This document shows, piece after piece, positions 36,493 to 47,655 of a stretch of DNA of 64,000 nucleotides (the first letter of the stretch is position 1; each line of letters opens with the position of its first letter). Under the pieces are notes generated by a model. It was not told where the DNA came from. It made no database searches and was given only the letters and a program-made list of their open reading frames with translations. Made by a program: the position numbers and the translations under genes. Source of the DNA: Lingula anatina (Eukaryota > Animalia > Brachiopoda). Where the stretch lies: the NCBI GenBank assembly GCA_051362555.1, contig CM120644.1, positions 19,056,534 through 19,120,533 on the forward strand, given 5' to 3'.

Positions 36493-37637
36493 GAACCATG
36501 TTATGATAACAAAGGCATTTGTTAAATTATCCAAGACTTTTACAGAATTTTAGCCAGTGGTAGGAAAGAAGGGTTGATTAGTTGGAGAAAAATACCACTT
36601 ATCCCAGGAAAATTCGTGCAATAATTTAACACGTCAGCACAAACACCGTGAAGATACGCTATGTCTATATTTTGCCGAAGCATTTCATTCAAATTGATTT
36701 ATTTTCACTTTGCATCATACAACCAGTTATCATAACGCCCGTCTGTACTGTCATGCACAAGTTATAACAGTTATATTCTACCTCCCCAATATCCTCCTGT
36801 CATTTCATGCTGTCAATATTGACATATACAAGATTTCAACATATATCATACATCACATGATTATTTCACATACAGCACTCAATTAACATATTTTATGTAA
36901 TTAAAGAAATGAAATTCCATTCGTATCAAATATTTTTTTTTCTTCGGGAATTGATATTTCAAATTGTTACGCCTCCGCCTGGCGTCTGGTAGAATACAGA
37001 AAAGGTGGTGATTATACTAGAAAGTTTGAAACAAGAGGAGGTGTGTTAATCTGTTAAACTGATTGCATTCAGCAGAGTTGGATTGATCTACATAGAACGA
37101 ATTAGAATGAAACCTTAAATTCATTAAAATGTATCTTATCATTATTGTAGTGCTCTTAATATTTTATCTAGAACTTCAACCCACTGGGTTATCAATATCT
37201 TATCAATAAATAAGAAATAATCATTATTATACAGGGTGATATTCTGGCGTCTGTTCTGTCTCAACATGATTGCGACGTCTTCCACAAAAATGATGATAAT
37301 GTGCTAGGTGTGACAAGCCGTTGACAGCTTTTAATTGTAGGCCAAAACAAGCGAATTTTAATTTTATTTTTCTAAAAATGCCGACGAAGGCATTTTAATG
37401 CACTTTTCTTGGTGTTTTTTGTTCCTCAACTACAGATCCGAGTTACAAGATCCTTCTATAATACAAATGTAGAATTAAATTGTTCATAAATATCTAAGAT
37501 GTAGTATTACTTGTAAGGTGTGCTACCAACGCGTAAGGTACGGTGCGTTTTTCTATTAGTGTCCTACGCCAAAACGAAACACCAAATATAATCCACATAT
37601 TTTCATGATTGGCAACGTTCTCAATGCCAGATCTAAG

Positions 37638-37840
37638 GTGGGGGGGGGGGGGGGCGGGGGGGGGGGCGTGCATCTCATTTTTATTCCCCCTCCCCCCCTC
37701 CCCCCCCTCCCCCCCCCCCCACCCCCCCCCCCCAAAAAAAAAGGTTAAAACATTAAAAAATTTATGGGAAGTCTGAAGTGGGGCTGGTAAATGTGTGTAT
37801 AACTTTTTAGATAACAAATTCTCTCCCCCCCCCCCCACCC
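37638..37840. repeat. Poly-G / poly-C low-complexity tracts
   Basis: G run at 37638-37667 followed by C runs at 37687-37733 and 37826-37840. Confidence 0.85.
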
Positions 37841-40376
37841 TCTACAAAGTATAAGATACTGTAGTAATATGAATTAAACATTTCAACAAGCTAAACGAAA
37901 CAAATCCAAGACGTTTTACAGTCACTATCCCCACATATTGGAATAAAATTGTCTTCCTGTACTGTTTAACATTCAATGTTTTATAACCACGTCAACTATC
38001 AAACAGCTTTGTTTTAAGGTGACACGATGAGTGTCTTCTCTCTTTGTCGAGGTAGATTCTACTGTATTTTGAATAAGACTGGCGGTAGGTTGTGCCTCAC
38101 GACAACCATGACTGAATTTTTGCCGCGTTCGCTTTTTATTTGTGTTGCACCACGATTAACACGCTTATCTATTCCATATATTAATGAGAGGTTAATTTTC
38201 ACGAGACTGGACACAGGTAACTGTTAAGTCTCTATCTGTAGTTAAAAAAACATTAAGATATCAGTGGCACATTTTATTTTTAGAAACGGGAAAAATGAGT
38301 ACGCTTTCAGTTGAATAACCAAAATAAAGTCAACTGGTAAATTATTGCATTTGGATTTTGTGGACAATAAAAAATGCAATCTTTCTTGAATTTGATTTTT
38401 TCATTTTTCTCAATTTCTATATTAATCACATTATCTTGTTATCTAAATCTTATTGCCAAATTGATAATTCAATATGGACATGAAAGTTATGGAAATTTCA
38501 TAGCAGTCAAATACCACATCCTCGCGATCTAACGTAAGACTCTCTCTCTCTCTATCTCAAATTCAGCAGAGTCACAGACAAAATGCGAAAAAAAAAAGCA
38601 TTGGAATATGAGTTATTTATATCTAAACTTTTCCTATTCGCTGGAACATATTAATAAAAGTGATCTTTACAGTACCTCTCGAGGGGAGGGAGGGGGCGTA
38701 CACCGGGGCTCTCGTCAAGAAGCCCTTCTCAGCCTTCTAGCTGTTACAAAATTCTTCCGAAGTGCGGGTCGAGCAATGATTTATAATGAGAAGAAAATTG
38801 TTATTTTTCTTTGGGGAAATTACTTTTGCTAGCTTCAAATATGTATTATTTTTATAAAATAATAAAAATTAAGATAGCTTAGGTGATCATGATCACCGCT
38901 ATTTGAAATCTCTGATGTGAACATCACTTCCGGACAGCCTTATATTACTACAGGCAATCTAATTTGCATATAGGAGAAAAATGCATTTTTTTCTGTTTTT
39001 GAGTCATGTTCAGTTTTTATTACTTTTGTAAATAACAATGACTCTTTACCCTTACAACTTTCCAATCATTTGATCGACACGCCTTGTTTATTAATTCATT
39101 TATATAAATTATAAACCTTCATATCACAGGCGTGAATCACGTTATCACGTCCAAGTCATAACATTGTTAAACTTGCGCCAATAACTGCAGTGGAGAATGT
39201 AGGTCAATTGCCTGTACAATTCTCCCATAGCATTATTGACTTTTTCCGGAGTGGAACATTTTAGGGAGAGGCGGACGGGTGAGAGAAGTATCAGTTCAAC
39301 AGCAAAATATAAAGAAAGCGTGGAGCTGCTATAATCAGAGGCTTTTACAATCTGTTAGACAAGTGTAAAAATATCCCACTTTTCCAGTTTCACAGTGTAG
39401 CACTTTCAGACAATATGATACATCTCCATGCCATCAGTGTCTCCCTAAAATTTGATGACCACGTTAACTGTTCAACTCCCGGCAGAAGATGAACCAGCCA
39501 ACGATAGTTTTGATACGCAGGTGTAGGAGCCGCACCCTGAATTTCAGATCTTAAAAGCAATTAACCCTTCCCGTTTCGGGTAACTGGTAACTTGTAATAG
39601 TTGCCGTAGTGTAGAGGTTTGTTTCAAGTTATCTCTGAAGCTCAGGGTAAGCAGCCGGAATAGGGCGAGACGGGAAGAGGGGGGGGGGGGCATTTAACCC
39701 TTTCACAACCAGGGACCGAATGCGTTCCCTCAGTACTAACCAGTCAATTTATTTAAGAATCAGTCACTATTATTATTATGCATTTTCAAACTTTAATTAG
39801 GCGTAAGAGGGGGAAAGTGGGTCAACTCTTTCACAATCAACTACGTAATATTTATAATATTTTTGTCCAAGTTCTACATGAAGACAGAGTGATCGCAGCA
39901 CTATTTCCACCCTGGTCCGGCAACCCAAGGCCTTCACTTAATGGTCGGTTGTTAACAAGTCAGGAAGACAGCACTATGGACACGCAGGTAAACTGACCAT
40001 TAGTGATGGGGTCATCAGTTGACCACAATACAGGGGCCACTGTCAATGGGTTATAACTTATATTTGCATTTTTCATAGCTTTTGTATTAATACTAAGTTT
40101 ATATATGGTATCAATAATTACCTATGATCAGACATAAAATTTCTGTCAACAGATTTCTGTAGCTAGGAAAGCAAGTTTTTGAAATTTGTGCAGATAGCAG
40201 ATAAAAATCAGTGAGAAGACAGGAATGGGTCAGCCTCTTTTTTTAACCACTAAATTTTCCATGTTTTGACATTTCGATTTGTTACAGTAAAATGGTAAGT
40301 GGATTTATTATTATTAATATTATTATTATGCTAGAAATTCATTTGTTGACAACTTCTCAGCATTCCTTATGGTTAA

Positions 40377-40891
40377 GGCCACACTTTTTATTTTTATGGA
40401 TGACATCCTGCGCGCGCACCGATTTTTGTCCGTTCTCCAAAAAAAAAAAAAAAAAAAAAAAAAAAGCATAGGCCTATTCTTTGCTTCATTTTTTTAACAA
40501 TTCTGTGAAGTGTTCAAAATGCTTTAAATTTTCTGAGAGTAGCCTACAAATAAAGACACGCTGTTTATTTGATATTTGTTTTATTGATTGCTATACCAAC
40601 AGAATGCATGAAATAACCTTAAATAGATTTGGTAATATGCAGCATAGGCCCTATATATTCATGAATTTTTACCTTTCTACGAAGTAGGCCCTATTCACAA
40701 TGCTTTAATATTTTGAGAGCTTGGATAAAGACATGTTGTTAGTTTGATATGTGTTTCTGTGGTAAATTAGTGTTCCAGCTGTGTACTGAAAACAACTTTT
40801 CTTAAGCAGTTTTTTTTTTTTTTTTTCGCCCGCTAGCACCGATTTTGGGATCCCCAGAGGATGTCATCCATAAAAATAAAAAAGTGTGGCC
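40377..40891. mobile_element. Zator- or Harbinger-type MITE
   Basis: TAA|GGCCACACTTTTT...TATGGATGACATCCT ... AGGATGTCATCCATA...AAAAGTGTGGCC|TAA: ~33-bp inverted repeat with 3-bp TAA duplication. Confidence 0.85.
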
Positions 40892-42245
40892 TAACTGATA
40901 CAGAATGTTGTCAGTGTTAGGTGGACTGTTGTGTTCAGTTGATAACTTAAAATATTGAAATGGTGCTGACAGAGAACAGCAATAAAACATTGAATTCTTT
41001 TTGGCAAGTCATATAGTATTACACTTACAGGTGATTTTCTTTTTTTTTCATTTTTCATTTTTCTTTCTTTCTATTTTTTGAGATTTTAAACTCTTTCAAC
41101 ATCTCACTTGCCTAGCTGGCATTGAATCCATTTCCATCTGGATCGAACCAGGGAATTATATCGGATAGGTTAATAGACTGCCACCCGTTTCCATTCCCTC
41201 CGATATAATTCCCTGATAGACCTAACTCCCTGGCGGTTCACACTAAATTGTTATCAGCTTAAGAGGCTTAAGTGTCTGTCATGCCTACCGAATCAGCTGG
41301 GGGGGAGGGGTAATTAACTTTCTCGCACGTTCGACCTCGCTGATAGCAATTTAGTGAGACTCGCAGTGGAGATCCAACTATCTGTGGGAATGGTCCCTTT
41401 AAAGTCTGTAATATGTGTCGTGGTTTAATCAAATATTCATTTGGAGTTTGATATTTTCTTAAGTGAACAAAACGATGTTTCTTTTTTAACTGTTTATTCT
41501 GTCACTAAGTCATTGGATATATATACATTTGATACATTAAAAAATGAAATAGTTTAAATTGGGTTTTAACTAGTAAACACTTGAATTCTTTGAAAATTAA
41601 ACCCTTATCTATTTCCCTTTCATTTTTCAACCTTAAAGATAGATGAGGGATTTTCCAGCATAATATCATGTATTTGACTAAGTACAATTCTTTTTTATAG
41701 ATGATCTATCATAGATAATGTGTCTGATCATGGAAGTAAAGTGTCTGATGAATACTGAACCTACACAATATAAAAGTAATAATTATTGATTAACACTGAA
41801 CAAATAAAAATTGTATCAATTACAAAAATATGATTGTTCTTTAGTTATCCAAAATAGCAATGTTTTAAGGTAGTAGTTTGTTTTCTGTTTCTGTTTCTAT
41901 CATTGAGAGTTATAGAAAGGATTTTTTATAATTGTTGTGATGAGACCTGGCGTGGTCCTTTTTATGCCAGTAAGTATTTCATAGACATCATTGTCAGTAA
42001 TGATGGTGATATTCTCTGTGGTAAAAGCGTCATCATCTTTGTGATAGTATTCTGTTCTTTCTTCCTCATATATATGATGGGTTACGGCATTATTGTTTGT
42101 CAGTTTATTTTCCACATTCTTTATATCATCCGTCTCCCCCTCTGAATCTAGAAAACTGTTATGTCCACTTTCATTGCTAAAAGTTCCATGTATATTATTT
42201 GAACCATGTTTTCTTTTGTTGTGCATTGTTTCATGTGTTCTGCAA

Positions 42246-43655
42246 TTATTCCCTTGACTGAATTCCACATTTGTCTGGTTTCTCACAAGTGTGCATTCTT
42301 TTAGGGCTAGTGCAGGCCAATTTTGTTATGAGCTCTTTGCCACGGTTCTTGCATGTATCATGCTTTTCTCCAGTATGAATGGTTTCATGGACAGTGCAGA
42401 AACCTTGTGTAAAACTTTTGTCTTCAGTGTTAATTGTTTCATGGTAAGTGCAATTCCCTTTTGTAGTGATAGTCTTCGCAGAAAGTCTATGCTTCAAAGG
42501 TCTGTCTCCAATGTGAATTTTTTCATGATTAGTGCATTTAGTTTTATCATTAAAAGTTTTGTCACAGAATCTACACTTGTAAGGTTTGTCTCCGGTATGA
42601 ATTCTTTCATGCACAATGCAGTGGCTTTTTTGAGTAAAAGTTTTGTCACAGAATCTACACTTAAAAGGTCTCTCTCCTGTGTGAATTCTCTCATGACGTA
42701 TGCAAAAAGTTTTCTCTGTAAAAGTTTTGTCACAGAATCTACACTTGTAAGGTTTGTCCCCGGTATGAATTCTTTCGTGTTCAGCGCAATTGCTTTTTTG
42801 AGTAAAAGTTTTGTCACAGAATCTACACTTAAAAGGTCTCTCTCCTGTGTGAATTCTCTCATGACGTATGCAAAAAGTTTTCTCTGTAAAAGTTTTGTCA
42901 CAGAATCTACACTTGTAAGGTTTGTCCCCGGTATGAATTCTTTCGTGTTCAGCGCAATTGCTTTTTTGAGTGAAAGTTTTGTCACAGAATCTACACTTAA
43001 AAGGTCTCTCTCCTGTGTGAATTCTCTCATGACGTATGCAAAAAGTTTTCTCTGTAAAAGTTTTGTCACAGAATCTACACTTGTGAGGTTTCTCTCCAGT
43101 ATGAATTCTTTCATGCACAGTGCAATGACCTTTTTGAGTAAAAGTCTTGTCACAGAATCTACACTTGTAAGGTCTCTCTCCTGTGTGAATTCTCTCATGA
43201 TATTTGCAATTAGTTTTGTCTCTGAAAGTTTTATCACAGAATCTGCACTTGTAAGGTTTCTCTCCTGTGTGAATTCTCGCATGATATTTGCAAGACTTTT
43301 TGTCTTTAAAAGTTTTGTCACAGAATCTACACTTAAAAGGTCTCTCTCCTGTGTGAATTCTCTCATGACGTTTGCAAAAAGTTTTCTCCGTAAAAGTTTT
43401 GTCACAGAATCCACACTTGTAAGGTTTGTCTCCAGTGTGAATTCTTTCATGCACAGTGCAATGGCCTTTTTGAGTAAAAGTCTTGTCACAGAATCTACAC
43501 TTGTAAGGTCTCTCTCCTGTGCACATTTTTACTGAATGCTGTAAGAACTTAATTGGTGGTATAAAAGTCTTGTTACAGAATCTATACTTGTTAAGTTTCT
43601 CTCCAGTATAATTATTTTCTTGAATTTCATGAGTTACATTGAGTCCCAATTCCAA
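42246..43655 (-). CDS. Tandem C2H2 zinc-finger protein, 12 intact fingers (42498-43505); flanking parts of the exon appear disrupted
   Basis: 469-codon ORF with 12 x (Y/F/H)KC(R/G)FCDKTFxxKxxCxxHxxIHxG(E/D)(K/R)P. An in-frame TGA lies just upstream. Putative exon acceptor at ~44170, but 43660-44170 has no continuous open frame that I could find. ORF 41900-42286 looks like a frameshifted C-terminal continuation. Confidence 0.9.
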   Translation of the reverse strand: MELGLNVTHEIQENNYTGEKLNKYRFCNKTFIPPIKFLQHSVKMCTGERPYKCRFCDKTFTQKGHCTVHERIHTGDKPYKCGFCDKTFTEKTFCKRHERIHTGERPFKCRFCDKTFKDKKSCKYHARIHTGEKPYKCRFCDKTFRDKTNCKYHERIHTGERPYKCRFCDKTFTQKGHCTVHERIHTGEKPHKCRFCDKTFTEKTFCIRHERIHTGERPFKCRFCDKTFTQKSNCAEHERIHTGDKPYKCRFCDKTFTEKTFCIRHERIHTGERPFKCRFCDKTFTQKSNCAEHERIHTGDKPYKCRFCDKTFTEKTFCIRHERIHTGERPFKCRFCDKTFTQKSHCIVHERIHTGDKPYKCRFCDKTFNDKTKCTNHEKIHIGDRPLKHRLSAKTITTKGNCTYHETINTEDKSFTQGFCTVHETIHTGEKHDTCKNRGKELITKLACTSPKRMHTCEKPDKCGIQSRE

Positions 43656-44668
43656 GGCTACTTTTCACATAATTTCCCCTTTTTTTTGGTTTTCATTCCT
43701 TTTCCAGAAAAAAGTCCTGTCAGTCGTTGTTACACTACTGTCTTACATTTTGCTTTAAGCCAGTCAGTCACTTGGGTAAGGTGCTAAGACTTATCAAGGC
43801 TTGATATGTCCTTTCCAATACTGTAATTGTGTTCACAATTCAACTCTCAGAGCACCGTAAGATTATCCATTTGGATTCTGTCAGAACTTGTTGTTAACAT
43901 TACCAATGCACCTAGTTTTTGTACTAAGCAATGCATAAAGTTTTTAGTAGGAACCCCCTGTTTAAAATCTTGAATGCAGTCATTCTATTGGACGATGTTA
44001 ATTGCTAGTTACAGAGGATATATCTGATTGGTTGAAGTGATTTCTCTCCAATACTTCAGATGCCGTAATTTAAAGATGTTATCTGCACAACCCACTGCAT
44101 ATAATTATCTGTTATTACTTCACTAAGCATCGGTAAACATGTAACATGACATTCCATCAAGCTCACATCTAGCTAGTTAAAAGACAAGAAGTGATTTTAT
44201 CAGTTAGTTTGTATTTGTCACACATGTCAGGCTGGTTTTGTACATGATGTGATAAGTCATTCAATTAATTCAATTTGTGAAACCCTTCAGCAGCCAACAG
44301 TTTCAAAAGGGGGGTTCTTTTTCTGAAAAAAAAAATGGACCTTTTACCATCCAATCTTTGTGTTCTTAGATTAAATTTTGCTCAGAGGGAACATTTTCCC
44401 AGAAAAAAAGGGACCCCACACACCCCCTGGCTACTGGGCCTGTTCAGGTTAAGAAATTTATATAAAAATTTAGTTCAGTTATAGGTAGTAAAACTTTATT
44501 CATTAACTCCATCAACGCATGTTACTTTCAAAAAGGAGCAAGAATGGACTTTTTTAATGTATGTATGTGCAATTTTTTTACTTTTTGTGACTGCATTTTT
44601 ACCAGCTTTTCTGTTTCAAACATAAGTTATCTCTCTCAGCTTATGATCATGTTAAGTTTTGTCTTTCA

Positions 44669-45627
44669 GGGTAGTGTGCCAATAGGCCAGGAAAACACTT
44701 TTTGTCGATAGTAGCTGTAATATCAGTGAGCCACCACACCATTAAGACAGAGATGGAAACACACCTACAAGGTACCCCAGATATGTACATGTATATCATG
44801 TTATTTAGTTTTCTTAATGATGTAGTCATTGAATTTGCTGTGTCTTAAAGTTGGAATACTCTTTCTTTCATTACATTAGTTGATATTATATATTATGACC
44901 TATTTGAGTTTTATGTAATTTTGCTTTACTCATAGGAATACTGCCGGTGTTCATTTGTGGTAATGTCCATGGTTATGTTCATCAAATAGATTAAAATAAT
45001 GAAAGAGGTGTCGACACAGAGTTATTGATGACTGGTCAAAAAACCAAACCAAACAAAAATATTTGGATCAATAAAAAATATTTTACTTCTTTTATAGACT
45101 TGAAAGTCTGTGTTTTCAAAGAATTTTACATTTTTTTTTCATGGTTTACTGATAGCAAATAGTACCAGTGTTAAATGGACTGTTGTGTCCAGTTAATTGA
45201 TAACAATTTAAAATATTGAAAGCTTTCTGACATGAAAGTGTGTACTGATGATCAGAAAACCAACAGAGCTTGTGAAGAGTAAAAAACATTTCTTTTTCCT
45301 GTTGTTAAAGAGAACACTTTGATTGCTTTTAGAAATTTTAAAATTCTTTTACTAATATTGTTGAAATTTGGTTGCTGGTTGGTGTCTCTTTTTTTGCCAG
45401 TTTTGACGTTGAGTTGTTTTTCCCTTCAGAATTTTAAGCTCATTTCTTGTGGAAGTAGTGACCAAGGACCAGAAATTGTGGATGGTTGCTGAGGGTCTGG
45501 ACGCCATCTTTGATGTGTTTGCAGACGATCATCTGGACCTGTTGTCATGAAGATCAGGGTAACAAACAAACTCCAAACCATATGGTACCATAGCTGACAG
45601 CTAAAGTAAAACTACTCCCTGTAAGAT

Positions 45628-45666
<39 letters not shown>

Positions 45667-45951
45667 TCAGAACATTTAAAGACATATATCAGGATTTGCA
45701 TTGGGCAATATGAAAAAAGATGCATGTTTTTTTACTTATTTACAAATGATTCCTGCAGTTGGGTTTATTTATTTATTTATTTATTAGTTTATTAAGAAAC
45801 ATATTGATGAATTAAAACGATGGATATCTTCTGAAGGAATATTGTAACATCTTTCCAGATTCATGAACAGAAGAAAAACCTAGGAGACCACCTTCCTATC
45901 AGCATGACAGCAAGGACAAATCTGATGTACTTCATCTAATGCAAATCTTGA
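44669..45951 (+). pseudogene. HEATR3: HEAT repeat-containing protein 3 (Syo1) 3' pseudogene fragment; exons 45430-45605, 45859-45951, possibly 44669-44771
   Basis: ILSSFLVEVVTKDQKLWMVAEGLDAIFDVFADD and IHEQKKNLGDHLPISMTARTNLMYFI* resemble the HEATR3 C-terminus (EALDALFDVFAD...NLxRFI) from memory. Frameshift and premature stops; intron retained. Confidence 0.75.
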
Positions 45952-47355
45952 CCAGTAGAACTAAGACATGTTTTTATTCTCAAAGTGACTTAAAACTCAG
46001 TAAATATTGGGATCAGAGAAATCTTACTTAAAAGTCTGAAGTTTACTTTTTACTGTGTAAATTAAAAAAAAAAGAACTTGCTGGATGGGTGGGATCCACA
46101 TAATACATTTTGTTTTCTCCATTATGTATTTCATGTTATACAATTTTGTCATATTCAATGTTATGCAATATACATTATAAAGAAAATACATGTCAAATGG
46201 ATGAGATCCTTTGCGTATTTGGTACTAATTATTTGTGTTTTATTATAACCTTATTTATCTGTTGTAATTAAACATGAACATACTTGAATATAAAAGCAAA
46301 AGTGTAGTTATCAATAATTCAGCCATTTGGTAGGGTATGTGAATGAGTGTTTATGTGTGTAACTGAGTATAGTTAAATGTTTGTTCAATGTATAGTTCAT
46401 TTCTTAAGTTTAATAGAAGGCATTTAAAAACGAATTTAATTTAAAAATTGGAGATAAATTTGAATCAGAAATCAAATGTTGGTGTATTTCATTCATTGTA
46501 GATAAAAGTCAAGTGCTGGCTTCTTACCCCACATTTCAAATACCTTTAAACAAAAATCATTATATTATGTTTTTTTAAACTTTTTAATTAAAAGATTCCC
46601 ACTGGATATATTTGTTACCCTTGAAAGCCACTAATTTATTTCTCTGAGATACATGAAATGTCCATATTTTTTAGCATGATCTGTGAAGCACCTCATTCCT
46701 GTGACTTGTAAATGCAACTTTTTATTCTTTGTCCTTCATGAAACGAAGTATTTTACCTGGTGATACATGATTTTCAGGATTTTCAACTAGCATTGTCAGT
46801 GAGATATGCATTAAGTTTTGCATGCTGTGATTTTTAAATTGACTTTATTTCCCGTCAACTGTGATCACCCCTCCCCAATGCTACCCTCAATTAAGAAAAA
46901 AGAAAAACAAAACACATTTGATTACACAAAATTAATATTTCATTGTAAAATTAAGAGAATAACATTTGAATTTTTAACTGGCTGCTACAGAAGCAATAGT
47001 AGTTCTGCAATGATGACCCTAAAAAATGAGAAGATGAAAATATTAAAATATAATTCAGTTAAAATGTATTATCTTAAAATGTTGTCAGTAACTCTCTGAC
47101 CAGCAGCTTCCGGCTGCTATCATATAATTATGTACATGTTATACCAGCTGTTTGACATAGTGTACCTCTTAAAAACTGAAAGTTCACTTAGTTATGATGC
47201 CATCAAAATAAGGAAACAAACAAAAGAACTTCCTTGTTACTGTATAATGAATCTGTTCTTTTTTAAAATGCTGTCAAATTTCTAAATATCCAGAGTGATT
47301 AGATTTATTCAATAACTACAACAAAAATAACAACAACAACAATAATAATAACCAT

Positions 47356-47619
47356 TTATGTTCTTGATCTTCGTCTGAAGCAAGACGTGAAAAGACTTAA
47401 AAATCTTCTCCACCTGGATGGGCGTCTGTCCTTGGAAGCTGAAATATATGACACAATATTACCTTACTAATATACAACAATACATAACCTTCAATAAGTT
47501 GTCAGTGCACCACATTATTTCATACATGCAACTGCACTGAAAATCTTTTACAATTTTTTAAAATGGGCAAATTAGACAATTAAAACAGTACTTGTAAAAA
47601 GGCCATACACATCAATACA

Positions 47620-47655
<36 letters not shown>

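Noticed and set aside
37494-37838. 114-aa Gly/Pro-rich ORF
   Set aside because: Artefact of the poly-G and poly-C tracts.
42291-43535. 414-aa plus-strand ORF and 331-aa alternative-frame ORF over the zinc-finger array
   Set aside because: Shadow ORFs kept open by the stop-free 84-bp repeat, with no independent protein features.
42246-44172. Calling the zinc-finger gene PRDM9
   Set aside because: No PR/SET, KRAB or SSXRD exon was found in the window; only the array pattern is similar.
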